From: an uncultured Nitrospiraceae bacterium
GTDB taxonomy: Bacteria > Nitrospirota > Thermodesulfovibrionia > Thermodesulfovibrionales > Dissulfurispiraceae
Assembly (NCBI GenBank): GCA_963727805.1
Contig: CAVSHF010000003.1
Location: 1,728,001-1,792,000 of the forward strand
Length of the DNA stretch: 64,000 bases
Direction: 5' to 3'
Positions 31,440-40,845 of the stretch are shown here, one piece after another (the first letter of the stretch is position 1; the number at the start of each line of letters is the position of its first letter). Below the pieces are notes generated by a model. The model saw only the letters and a program-made list of their open reading frames with translations. It was not told the origin of the DNA and made no database searches. A program made the position numbers and the translations under genes.

Positions 31440-32285
31440 ATGGTTCTCTCCATGGTCATCTGGGGTGGCAGCTGGGTATCTGCAAAGGTTATGGCCGTGC
31501 GTCTCACACCTGAGCTGCTCAGTTTCTGGCGGTTTCTTCTGAGTTTTCTGTCCTTTGTGCCCCTGCTCATAATCCTCCGAATACCACTCGTGCTTTCAGG
31601 CCAGGGCGTAGGGTACAGCGCATTCGGCGCTTTTTTTATCAGCGCCTACATGTATTATTTCTTCAGGGGGCTGGAGCATGGATTGGCGGGAGCTGCGGGC
31701 GTGCTGGTCACCTCGATGATGCCGCTGATGACCTTGCTGTTCTCCCTGCTCCTCCTTAAAAAGAAGACGACAGGACGTGACATTGCCGGTCTGGTGGTAG
31801 GTATGGCCGGTGCTGCGGTACTTCTCAGGCTCTGGACCTTCGATGCGCACGACCTTTTCCAGAGCAGTAATGTCCTATTCGTCCTCTGCTCAGCCCTCTG
31901 GGCCCTCGTGACAATCAGCAGTCAGCGGGCCGCCGAAACCATTTCACCCTATATGTTCAGCTTCATGACGTATGGCTTTTCAACCCTCTTCTTTCTCCCG
32001 TTCGCTTTCAGTCAGGGTATAGAAGCCATCTTCTATCAGGATGCCGTCTTCTGGAGTAATTTAGTGTTCTTGTCCATCATATCTGGTACTTTTGCCACTA
32101 CTGTCTATTTCGTGGCAGCAGAACGCCTGGGGTCTTACCGGACAAGTTCTTACGTTTTCCTGGTGCCGTCAAGCGCAATGCTGCTCAGCTGGCTTTTCCT
32201 TGGCGAAATGCCAGAGTCCTCGACGATCATAGGCGGCGCGATTGCCATCTCGGCCGTCTACCTCATTAATCACACCCCGGCATAA
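31440..32285 (+). CDS. DMT/EamA family transporter
   Basis: IWGGSW, about 10 TM segments, FLGE near the C-terminus. Confidence 0.88.
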   Translation: MVLSMVIWGGSWVSAKVMAVRLTPELLSFWRFLLSFLSFVPLLIILRIPLVLSGQGVGYSAFGAFFISAYMYYFFRGLEHGLAGAAGVLVTSMMPLMTLLFSLLLLKKKTTGRDIAGLVVGMAGAAVLLRLWTFDAHDLFQSSNVLFVLCSALWALVTISSQRAAETISPYMFSFMTYGFSTLFFLPFAFSQGIEAIFYQDAVFWSNLVFLSIISGTFATTVYFVAAERLGSYRTSSYVFLVPSSAMLLSWLFLGEMPESSTIIGGAIAISAVYLINHTPA

Positions 32286-32370
32286 CGGGAGGCCGCGGAA
32301 GCAAAGAAAAGTCGGGAGAGGACTACTTACCGCCTGTTCTTTTATGGTATTATATTTAGTTATGCAAGTT

Positions 32371-32447
<77 letters not shown>

Positions 32448-32491
32448 TTTCTTTCCCGATGTTTGTGTTATTATACCTGACGTATTTTTGA

Positions 32492-32568
32492 GCCCCCTTA
32501 GCTCAGTAGGATAGAGCACAGGTTTCCTAAACCTGGGGCCGCAAGTTCGAATCTTGCAGGGGGCACCA
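32492..32568 (+). tRNA. tRNA-Arg(CCT)
   Basis: Acceptor stem GCCCCCT/AGGGGGC, anticodon arm CAGGT-TTCCTAA-ACCTG, GTTCGAATC, encoded CCA. Confidence 0.97.
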
Positions 32569-32755
32569 TTCCCCCTTATAATACATCCACTTAGATCCTA
32601 TACTCAATGAATTGTCTCGCGATGAAGACTCTGGACCCAATAGTGAGCAGAATACTTGACTGTTGTTGCAACATCCTTGTGACCAAGCAACTTACTGACA
32701 GAATAAAACAATAAGTTCAACGTTATCAACGCACAAATCTAAGGCTGACACGAGG

Positions 32756-33427
32756 TCAGCTTTTAATGCAGACCCTTATGACTTGGGGGAGTGAAAAGAT
32801 GGTATTCTGGAAAGTAGCCAACGCTTCTCGCCTGTAATAAGAAACGGTGATGGTGAGCGTCGTGATGTGGGAATCCGAGCATTTCTCGTAATCAATATCG
32901 CTTACGGAAAGCCCTGACTTATCGATTATTGAAAGGACATCCTCTTCCCGCAGCGCTGCATCGGCACTCACGGTAACGTAACTAAAGGTGAGCTTGGGCA
33001 TCTTCCGCTCGGCAAACCTGAGCAAGGTGAGGGTTAAGATGGTAATAATAAAGGTCACGATCCCTGCCACATATAATCCGCTACCGACTGAGAGCCCGAT
33101 GGCCGAAACCACCCAGAGACATGCGGCTGTTGTGAGGCCCTGGATCGAAAACCCTGTTTTCAGTACTACCCCGGCACCGATAAACCCGACTCCTGTAATA
33201 GCACCCGCAGCGATCCTTCCGGGATCAGCCCTGACATAGGAAGGGTCCATGACGCCGAGATAATGATAGTATTCGGATACGATCATGAGGAGAACCGAGG
33301 CGACGCAGACCAGAAGGTGGGTACGCAGCCCGGCAGGCCTGCCGTGGATCTGGCGCTCAAAGCCTATGACACCACCAATAAGCGTGCCGAGTAGCAGGCG
33401 CAGGATTATTTCTTCTGACGATATCAT
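32756..33427 (-). CDS. MgtC/SapB family membrane protein
   Basis: IGFERQ...PAGLRTH, DPGRIAA...GVGFIGAG, GLTTAA; start taken at MISSEE. Confidence 0.92.
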   Translation of the reverse strand: MISSEEIILRLLLGTLIGGVIGFERQIHGRPAGLRTHLLVCVASVLLMIVSEYYHYLGVMDPSYVRADPGRIAAGAITGVGFIGAGVVLKTGFSIQGLTTAACLWVVSAIGLSVGSGLYVAGIVTFIITILTLTLLRFAERKMPKLTFSYVTVSADAALREEDVLSIIDKSGLSVSDIDYEKCSDSHITTLTITVSYYRREALATFQNTIFSLPQVIRVCIKS

Positions 33428-33709
33428 ACAGTATATTATAAAGCTTCCCCATATTTTTTTTTGCACTTGCGCTGTCCTCATGGGCGGCGGAGCCAACAAT
33501 GTTACCTTATACTATGTTTGCACGGCTTTTGACAATCACCTCGACGGTCCTCCTGTTTCCTATTCTCTCCAGATATTATGACGCTGCTTATAATGCTTTC
33601 ATATAAGATTCCTGTCCCTCGGCGTCGCTCGAAGTAGCTCTACGTTCAACATTATAGGAATATCCTTATATTGTAATAAGGTTCGGATCTGGTTATTAAT
33701 CTTATAGTA

Positions 33710-34195
33710 ATGAATAAGGACTGCATCAAAAACGACAAGGCAGGAGGGTCTTATAAGATAAGCCCGTCCAATGCCACTGATTTTTCTCTGCTTCTTGCTA
33801 TGTATTGCTTTTTTACACCTAAGCCTGCTTCTCAGGGTCTTCCGCCGCTGAATCCCGAAGCCTGTCACAATTGGGTAAGAATGCTTTTCAAGATAGGAAG
33901 GAATTATTGTGCTTGGAAGAATGGCATGATAATAGGCCATGCCGCACTTGTTCCTGACCCAAACGGAAAGTCAGCAGAGTTCATAATCTTTGTCGACCAA
34001 AACCATAGAAATCTTGGAATTGGGACAGAGTTGATGCGGGTTGTGCTCGAAGACGCTAAGAAACTAGGCTTTATGTCAGTCTGGCTGACGGTGGAGACTT
34101 CCAACTTCATTGCGATAAGACTTTATCGTAACTTCGGTTTTCAATTCCGTGATACTGATGCCTGTGAGAGGGTCATGCTCCTTACGTTTCTATAA
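33710..34195 (+). CDS. GNAT family N-acetyltransferase
   Basis: FVDQNHRNLGIGTELM (motif A), N..AIRLYRNFGF. Confidence 0.85.
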   Translation: MNKDCIKNDKAGGSYKISPSNATDFSLLLAMYCFFTPKPASQGLPPLNPEACHNWVRMLFKIGRNYCAWKNGMIIGHAALVPDPNGKSAEFIIFVDQNHRNLGIGTELMRVVLEDAKKLGFMSVWLTVETSNFIAIRLYRNFGFQFRDTDACERVMLLTFL

Positions 34196-34448
34196 GGATT
34201 TCAACCAGATTTCACAAAGACAGTAAACGTCTCGCAATAGTACGTTGCTTTACTTGACAAGTACCCACTCAACGGGTGTCTATAAATAGATATAGTGCCC
34301 TCTCAATGGGAGGAGTTTAACAACAATCGGTAGTTTCAACGGAGGGCGAACCAAACGTTGCAGGATTCCTCCTCCTCACAATTTAACCATAAGCGTCAAT
34401 CCTTGAATAGTGAACTGCCAAATCACCTTGATACAGCTCTTATATGTT

Positions 34449-35345
34449 TTAGTCGTTACATATCCTGCCTATCAAAACAGAACTTTCAGAATGGGTAAGG
34501 ATATTCCTTGATACGCTTCCCATCATCCCCTTGATTCCCCTCAGACCTCTACATCCTACCGCTATAAGGTCTGCTTTTAGGGTTTCTGCTGTTTTCAGTA
34601 TTTCTGTGGAAGGATCACCGATTGCTGACAGGACCTGTATGTTTTTGAACTTTTTGCTCAAATGTTCTCTGGCTTGATTAGTGATTCTTTCGGACTCAAT
34701 AAGCCTCATTGATCTGACCTTCTCTGTAATTTCTATAATCTGTTCAATTATCCCGGGGGCAAAAGTTTCAGGTATGTCAAGAAACTCGGAGGGCATTACA
34801 TTCACTATCGTGACTTCTGTGTTATCTCGAAATGGTATCTGGGACAAGAATTCTCCAGTGGAGACGGAGTAGTCAGAGTTATCGGTAGCCAAAAGGATTC
34901 TAATCTTATCTGGCCTTTCACACGCGGGTAGTTTTACAACAAGGACAGGCTTTGATGTCTTAATGGCTACTGATCTGGTTACGCTTCCGATAAAAAGCGA
35001 TTTAATGCCCTTTACCCCCCTTGCCCCCATCACAATCATATCCATATCCGCGCTGTTCGCTTGATCCACAATGCATTCTTCGGGAGAACCTTCCACAATC
35101 ATAGTGCTAATTTTTGCATGGACAGGTTTCAAGATATCTAGAGTAGACTCGATGATCTTCGGCGCAATATCCTTTTTTATTTCCTTCAGAGTATCATAAT
35201 AAAAATCTTTGTCATAGGGAAATGGAATCCAATGAACGGCATGATAAATAATGATTTCATCATTGGAGGATAAATTCAGACACGTCAAGAAATTAGCAGC
35301 CCGTTCCGAGTATTCAGAGCCGTCGGTTGCAAGTAATATTTTCAT
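34449..35345 (-). CDS. Tandem universal stress protein
   Basis: Two ILLATD...GxRG...GSV domains. Confidence 0.92.
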   Translation of the reverse strand: MKILLATDGSEYSERAANFLTCLNLSSNDEIIIYHAVHWIPFPYDKDFYYDTLKEIKKDIAPKIIESTLDILKPVHAKISTMIVEGSPEECIVDQANSADMDMIVMGARGVKGIKSLFIGSVTRSVAIKTSKPVLVVKLPACERPDKIRILLATDNSDYSVSTGEFLSQIPFRDNTEVTIVNVMPSEFLDIPETFAPGIIEQIIEITEKVRSMRLIESERITNQAREHLSKKFKNIQVLSAIGDPSTEILKTAETLKADLIAVGCRGLRGIKGMMGSVSRNILTHSESSVLIGRICND

Positions 35346-36018
35346 CCGATTTCACCCCCGATCTATGGATAAGCTCAATATGACAAAAATCATGTCGAAA
35401 GACAAGGATCATATTTCTTCACTGGCAACTCCATACGAACCCGATCTTAGGCAATGTTTGTTCATCATGACACTCACAAGTATGCGTTTAAGATCTTCCA
35501 TCATCTACTTCCGCGTTAAAATATCTCCTTTCAACTTCACGCCGCAGAGCGCATTTTAATATACATCTATTATTTGAATAACAATTTATTAAGTCATTTG
35601 CAAAAATATAATCGACTAGTTGACTTGACTCAAGAGATTAAGCTCATATCTATAAGATGCGATTTACAACCTCTTCTGCTATTATGGCAAGATGTGCAAT
35701 CGATCCGCCAAAGGCCGTTATCCCCAGTTTGAAGAATAGCTTCTCCAGTTTAGTAAAAAAGCCCTACCTTTTTTTCTGATTGACGATACTGGATCGCCAA
35801 GGATAACCGCAGACATGACGATTTTTCAGACAATAACCGTCAACTCTGCGTGTTCTGATGCTTCTTTTTGGAGACTGTCAGTTTTATATCAATGCTGCCG
35901 AGTACGACCGGAATTGAACAGTCAGCGCATGATCATGTTTTAGGTGCACGTTTTGTTATATGCAGAACGCTGCTAGAAATATTGCCAAGATATCGTTCAA
36001 CAGACCTGCTGTCATCCA

Positions 36019-37443
36019 CTATTCTTCTTTTCTTTTGGTATTCCCAAATAGATCTGTATATGTTTCAGGGTCCACTTTCTTCAAACATTCTGGGCATATG
36101 CCATGGGTAAAGGAAGCGTCTGTACGTTCTTTGATGTAGTCTTCCACTTTCTTCCAATAACCTCCATCATCTCGTATCTTTTTGCACCAAGCACAAATCG
36201 GCAGTAAGCCGCTCAAGATCTTAATGTTGTCAAGCGCACTTTGAAGTCTGAGAACAAGCTGTTCCTGTTTAAGTTCAGCCAACTTTCGATCGGTTATGTT
36301 CCTAAATATCCCTTGAGTAGCAATTACTTCTCCTTTGAAGAAACGCGGATGTACATTACCTTCTACACTTATCTGTTGCCCATTCTTCGTTACAAATATT
36401 GCCTCTACATTATCTATCGATTCTCCTGACATGACCTTGCTAAAAGATTCCCCACAGTGAGGTACGCAGCTGGGATGTAAGACATCGAAAATCGTGATAT
36501 CCTGCAGTTCATCCCATGAATAACCCATTGTCTTTAACCACGCTGCATTTGCAAACACGTAATGCCCATCGGCTGCGACACTTTGAATCATGTCATGAGC
36601 ATGATCGAATAAATTGTGGAATCTCTCCTCACTTTCTTGTAACCTTTCTTCCACCAGCGTTCGCTGGGTGATATCCCTTACTACTTCAATACCTCCTATC
36701 ATGTTCCCATCGGCATCCCTTATGGGTGATGACTTAATTTCAACCTGTATTATTCCTTTATCTCGTACTGCTCTCTTTTCTAATGTGTGTACTCTCCCAT
36801 CTTCAAATGAGAGCGCTAAAGGGCATCCTTCACAAATCCGGTCATTGTTAGCATATGCCGTGTAACAATATTCACCTGACTTGTCCCCTTCTACAATATT
36901 TTTGTGCACCTGATTTTGATATAATACGCGGTAATTTGTATCTTGGATGCTGATTCCATCCCCGATGGCGGCTATAATTGCGTCTAACTTTGTTTTTTCA
37001 AGTTCGGCCCGTTTAACGGCTCTGTGTAGTAATTCTTCAGTCTCCTTGCGTTCACTCACGTCTCGGGTATTGACTACTATCCCAGCAATCAACGTGTTAT
37101 TGAGTTGGTTGCTACCAGTGGATTCGACCACTCGCCACGAGCCGTCTTTGTGTTTATACCTGTATTCTATAGATAAATGAGCATATGGGTTCTGCACTAG
37201 CTGCATGAAGGCATCCATGACTCTTAACAAATCTTCTGGATGGACCATCTGAAAGATATTCTTCCCAATCAATTCATCAGGCTTATCTCCAAAAAGACGC
37301 TCGATCGATGGGCTTTGAAAAAGTATTGTTCCGTCAGTTTTAAGAATTGTAATAACATCTGAGGAGTGCTGAATCAAGGAATACCATAAATCATTATTCT
37401 CAAACACCGGTATCTCCTTGATTACTAAGGATGGGTGGATCAC
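36019..37443 (-). CDS. Triple-PAS sensor with C-terminal CxxC...HGICPxC module and no kinase domain
   Basis: Three PAS/PAC blocks (VHPED...HKDGSW; RDIT; LHPS...RNITDRK), then LLPICAWCKKIRDD..YW...THGICPEC. Confidence 0.85.
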   Translation of the reverse strand: MIHPSLVIKEIPVFENNDLWYSLIQHSSDVITILKTDGTILFQSPSIERLFGDKPDELIGKNIFQMVHPEDLLRVMDAFMQLVQNPYAHLSIEYRYKHKDGSWRVVESTGSNQLNNTLIAGIVVNTRDVSERKETEELLHRAVKRAELEKTKLDAIIAAIGDGISIQDTNYRVLYQNQVHKNIVEGDKSGEYCYTAYANNDRICEGCPLALSFEDGRVHTLEKRAVRDKGIIQVEIKSSPIRDADGNMIGGIEVVRDITQRTLVEERLQESEERFHNLFDHAHDMIQSVAADGHYVFANAAWLKTMGYSWDELQDITIFDVLHPSCVPHCGESFSKVMSGESIDNVEAIFVTKNGQQISVEGNVHPRFFKGEVIATQGIFRNITDRKLAELKQEQLVLRLQSALDNIKILSGLLPICAWCKKIRDDGGYWKKVEDYIKERTDASFTHGICPECLKKVDPETYTDLFGNTKRKEE

Positions 37444-37717
37444 AAAACATTATATAAACACTCATATTGAGTGATAATGATCAGGTTATACTCTTGAAAG
37501 TATATACTGCTATGGGTTGAAAAAGAATCGGTGATAGTCCGATATTTTTGTAGGGGTATCTCTATAATTTCTGTCGGTGTTCGCCCGACATGTGAGCATA
37601 CATAACAGATGCTGAGATCTCTAACAAGACAGAAGAGTTTGATCATTAAGTGTTAGCTGCTCCGAAAGTGCCTTTGTTGGCTCGTGTAATGTCAAACCTT
37701 AGCTTCGTTTTTTCAGC

Positions 37718-37756
37718 AAAAAAAAAGCCCTGGGGATTTTCTCCTCCAGGGCCTTT
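37718..37756 (-). terminator. Intrinsic terminator of the HU gene
   Basis: Minus strand GCCCTGGAGG...CCCCAGGGC followed by a run of Ts. Confidence 0.75.
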
Positions 37757-37777
37757 CTGTTTGATAGTGTAAAACGA

Positions 37778-38053
37778 CTACTTATTTACCGCATCCTTGA
37801 ATGCCTTGCCAGCCGAGAACTTCGGCAGCTTCTTTGCAGCAATCTTTATGGTTGCGCCGGTCTGTGGGTTTCTGCCCGCTCTTGCCTTTCTTTTGGAGAG
37901 GGAAAACGCGCCGAAGCCGACAAGGGAGACCTTGTCGCCCTTCTTCACAGCCTTTTTGATGGCTTCGATCGCCCCGTCAAGTGCCTTGCCCGCGCATGCC
38001 TTTGTGCATCCCGATGCTGCCGCCATCTTCTCAATGAGATCCTGTTTCGTCAT
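37778..38053 (-). CDS. hup: DNA-binding protein HU
   Basis: VSLVGFGAF...RAGRNPQTG...[22 protein letters not shown]. Confidence 0.96.
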   Translation of the reverse strand: MTKQDLIEKMAAASGCTKACAGKALDGAIEAIKKAVKKGDKVSLVGFGAFSLSKRKARAGRNPQTGATIKIAAKKLPKFSAGKAFKDAVNK

Positions 38054-38776
38054 ATGTGCTCCTCCTATAAGTTTTCTCTGCTCTTAATCTTAGTCAAATA
38101 CGTCCGTAGTGTCAATGCAGCATGTTCCTCCGACATCTGATAAATGGATAGTTCGAATGATAGGTCCACACCAAGTGGGTAAAATCAAGGTTAGATAGAA
38201 GGTGCATTCCGTCTTTGAGGACACAACTCTCAAAATTCTAATAATGGCGGTATATTGGTACATGACCGCCGAGGTACTTCTCGCGGAACCATACAATAAG
38301 TGCGATCAGAACGCACAACAGTGACTCGGTATTTACCCAATTCTGCCCGGTTCTCCATCCAGCGACATAGAAATACCTCTGCATACTATATCTAACAGGA
38401 CACGAAATATCATACACGCCTTGATCGGCACCCCGTCAATTATTCCCAGATCCCATGAATCGAACCATTGTACCGTTTATTCTAAAACGACACTAAGCCT
38501 TAGCCTGCAAAAGCCAAATGATTGTCCCAGTCAATTGCGCGAAGTTTGCCGAATAACAGTGGGTCGGGAACTCCGTCTCGCTGATTTCATTGACTAAGTT
38601 TGCCCTTGATGCTCTTAAGCAAATCTTAGTCCTCCATGTGGTTTTAATCCATTTGGAGATGCGTTAGTCTTATTTTCCATATCGCGTATTGTTGTGAAGC
38701 TTATCTTTAATAACTTGACCTTCTTTGACTGTGGTACTGTGATATCGAAAATAGCTTCCCGTTGCCGCTCGCCCTG

Positions 38777-39349
38777 TTAAGCTAGCTTCTTTAAAAGCCA
38801 AGCCATGTTTTCACCGAGGACTTTCATGGTGAGAATACCTTCCTCATCCTTCTCAACATCTCCCTTTTCCCGTCCAACTCCCATATTCCAGTAGATCGAG
38901 CCAGGAATAATCATCTGGCTAATCAGAAAAAAATGGTTTATGGTATCAAAGACATGAATTGCCCCACCCCTGCGTTCTGCAACCACGGCAGCTCCAACCT
39001 TCCGCCTCAGCATGTCCCCATTTGCCCTTGAAACCATACCCGCCCTGTCAATCAGTGCCTTTAACTCCGTAGAGACATCGGCAAAATATGTAGGCGAAGC
39101 AAGGATAATGCCTGCGGCACCGATCATTTTTTCTATGCATTCATTAATGTAATCACCCGTAACAGCGCAACGCCAGTCCTTATTCTCCCAGCATTTGTAA
39201 CAGGCTATACACCCTCTGATCTTTTTCCCAGATAGCTGGACCATCTCGGTCGCTATTCCAGCATTGTTAAGTTCGCCAAAAACATTGTTTATGAGTATTG
39301 CAGTATTCCCATCTTTGCGGGCACTTCCGTTAAAGGCTATAACTTTCAT
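38777..39349 (-). CDS. Flavodoxin-fold iron-sulfur flavoprotein (NADPH-FMN reductase family)
   Basis: NGSARKDGNT, CIACYKC...C, ASPTYF, RRGG. Confidence 0.88.
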   Translation of the reverse strand: MKVIAFNGSARKDGNTAILINNVFGELNNAGIATEMVQLSGKKIRGCIACYKCWENKDWRCAVTGDYINECIEKMIGAAGIILASPTYFADVSTELKALIDRAGMVSRANGDMLRRKVGAAVVAERRGGAIHVFDTINHFFLISQMIIPGSIYWNMGVGREKGDVEKDEEGILTMKVLGENMAWLLKKLA

Positions 39350-40004
39350 GGTCTTCCTCCTTGTCGATGTACGGCATTACTATTTTGGTGTTAAGAGTAG
39401 TTTGCAATCGTAATTTCGCTTTCATCTTGAATAAAAACAAGAGGGGAAAAGTGGTCATGTGTATCGCGGGATACGCCTTGACCAATAGGCCTTAGTTCCC
39501 TTCCCTCACAAATGCAAAGTTTTTTTCCACATTGGCCACGGTAAAAGATTTTACAGTATCATGGGCTGTTAAGGAAAGAGTTATCTGTGTAAATTAGAAC
39601 ACTTTTAAAAATACATCTTTCCCTCGGAAACTGTGAATAATGGCCTGCACGGCAAATATCACTTTTTGTCTGAAACATGTAATATCCTTTGAGACGACCG
39701 CATATGCTTTATCTCTGATAACCTCCCCCCTTAAATCACCCATGGAACAAGAAATATCGTGGCGATGTTGCTTTTCACACCCAACACATGAGAATCGGTA
39801 CTAGGTTGAAAAAGATCTTGACAAGTACGTCAATAAATATTATCCTAACCGGGACTATTTAAGTCCTAAATAGGAGATCGATGTAAACTGTTATTATGCA
39901 ATTAGACCACAATCATAGCATACGCAGTAATCCTGATAATGTTTACGATTAATCTTAGGATGGAAAAAGATTCATCCGACATTGTCGATGCTGCAGGATG
40001 ACTA

Positions 40005-40586
40005 ATGAGTGTATTGCTTGTAGGCAACATGACTGCTCAAATGTCTTATCTTATGGCATCTCTTCAGATGAGCTGCATCCCGGTTCTTATAGTAGAGGAC
40101 ATCGAAAAAGCCGTTGTGGAAATTGGCAGATCTAATAGATACAGCCTGATTTTGATCGATGCAGACATCCGGGTTTCAGAAGTATACTTATTCATCGAGT
40201 ACGTTCGTGGTAAACGAAGCAATCTTCTGATTATCATGATGCATGCGTTGATATGCACGGGACATCCAAAGCAACGCTGTCAACAGTCGTTAACCAATAA
40301 GTGTATAGAAGCATGTGATGCCGTAGATGCCGCTGAAAATATTGTCCTTATTATGCATGACCAAGGCTCAAATCATTCCAACCCTGAATATATTAATAGA
40401 CTAGGCATGATAGTAGATATTGCCTATACTAAAGTCAATGCTCTTATACTCCAGGTGGAGCTGTTTCGATCAATAGGATTACTTGATACAAACGGATTGA
40501 CCCAGCTTTACTTCAATCTTTTGCTAATAAAGGATTTAAACAATATCATCTTGTTGGATGCTCATGAAGCAAGCAGTCTCAGCTAG
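40005..40586 (+). CDS. Hypothetical protein, possibly a degenerate receiver-like domain
   Basis: 193-aa ORF; N-terminal VLLVG...SLILID pattern loosely resembles a REC domain. Confidence 0.35.
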   Translation: MSVLLVGNMTAQMSYLMASLQMSCIPVLIVEDIEKAVVEIGRSNRYSLILIDADIRVSEVYLFIEYVRGKRSNLLIIMMHALICTGHPKQRCQQSLTNKCIEACDAVDAAENIVLIMHDQGSNHSNPEYINRLGMIVDIAYTKVNALILQVELFRSIGLLDTNGLTQLYFNLLLIKDLNNIILLDAHEASSLS

Positions 40587-40845
40587 GAATACTATGCCAG
40601 CCCCTCCATGCACTTTTGATTCACATAAATAGTTTTTCGGTTATCATTTGACGGATACTAGAAACGTTCTCCTGTCCGCAAGGCGTTCAACTTCCTCCCG
40701 GTTCTTAAGGCACTGCATTCCTTATAGAACACATTCCTCATTTCCTTAATCTATTCCTCCGAAGATAGAGACTCTCGATGTATATATTATGCCAGTTAAA
40801 TGAATTTGCAATTTTCCCGGCTACCTTATAAAATCATTCATACAT

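Noticed and set aside
32569..32755. Prophage/ICE attachment site after tRNA-Arg
   Set aside because: No integrase or second att copy was noticed in the window.
39819..39834. FNR/CRP-like box TTGAC-N6-GTCAA
   Set aside because: Spacing is 6 rather than 4, and the left arm is explained by a -35 element; no further support.
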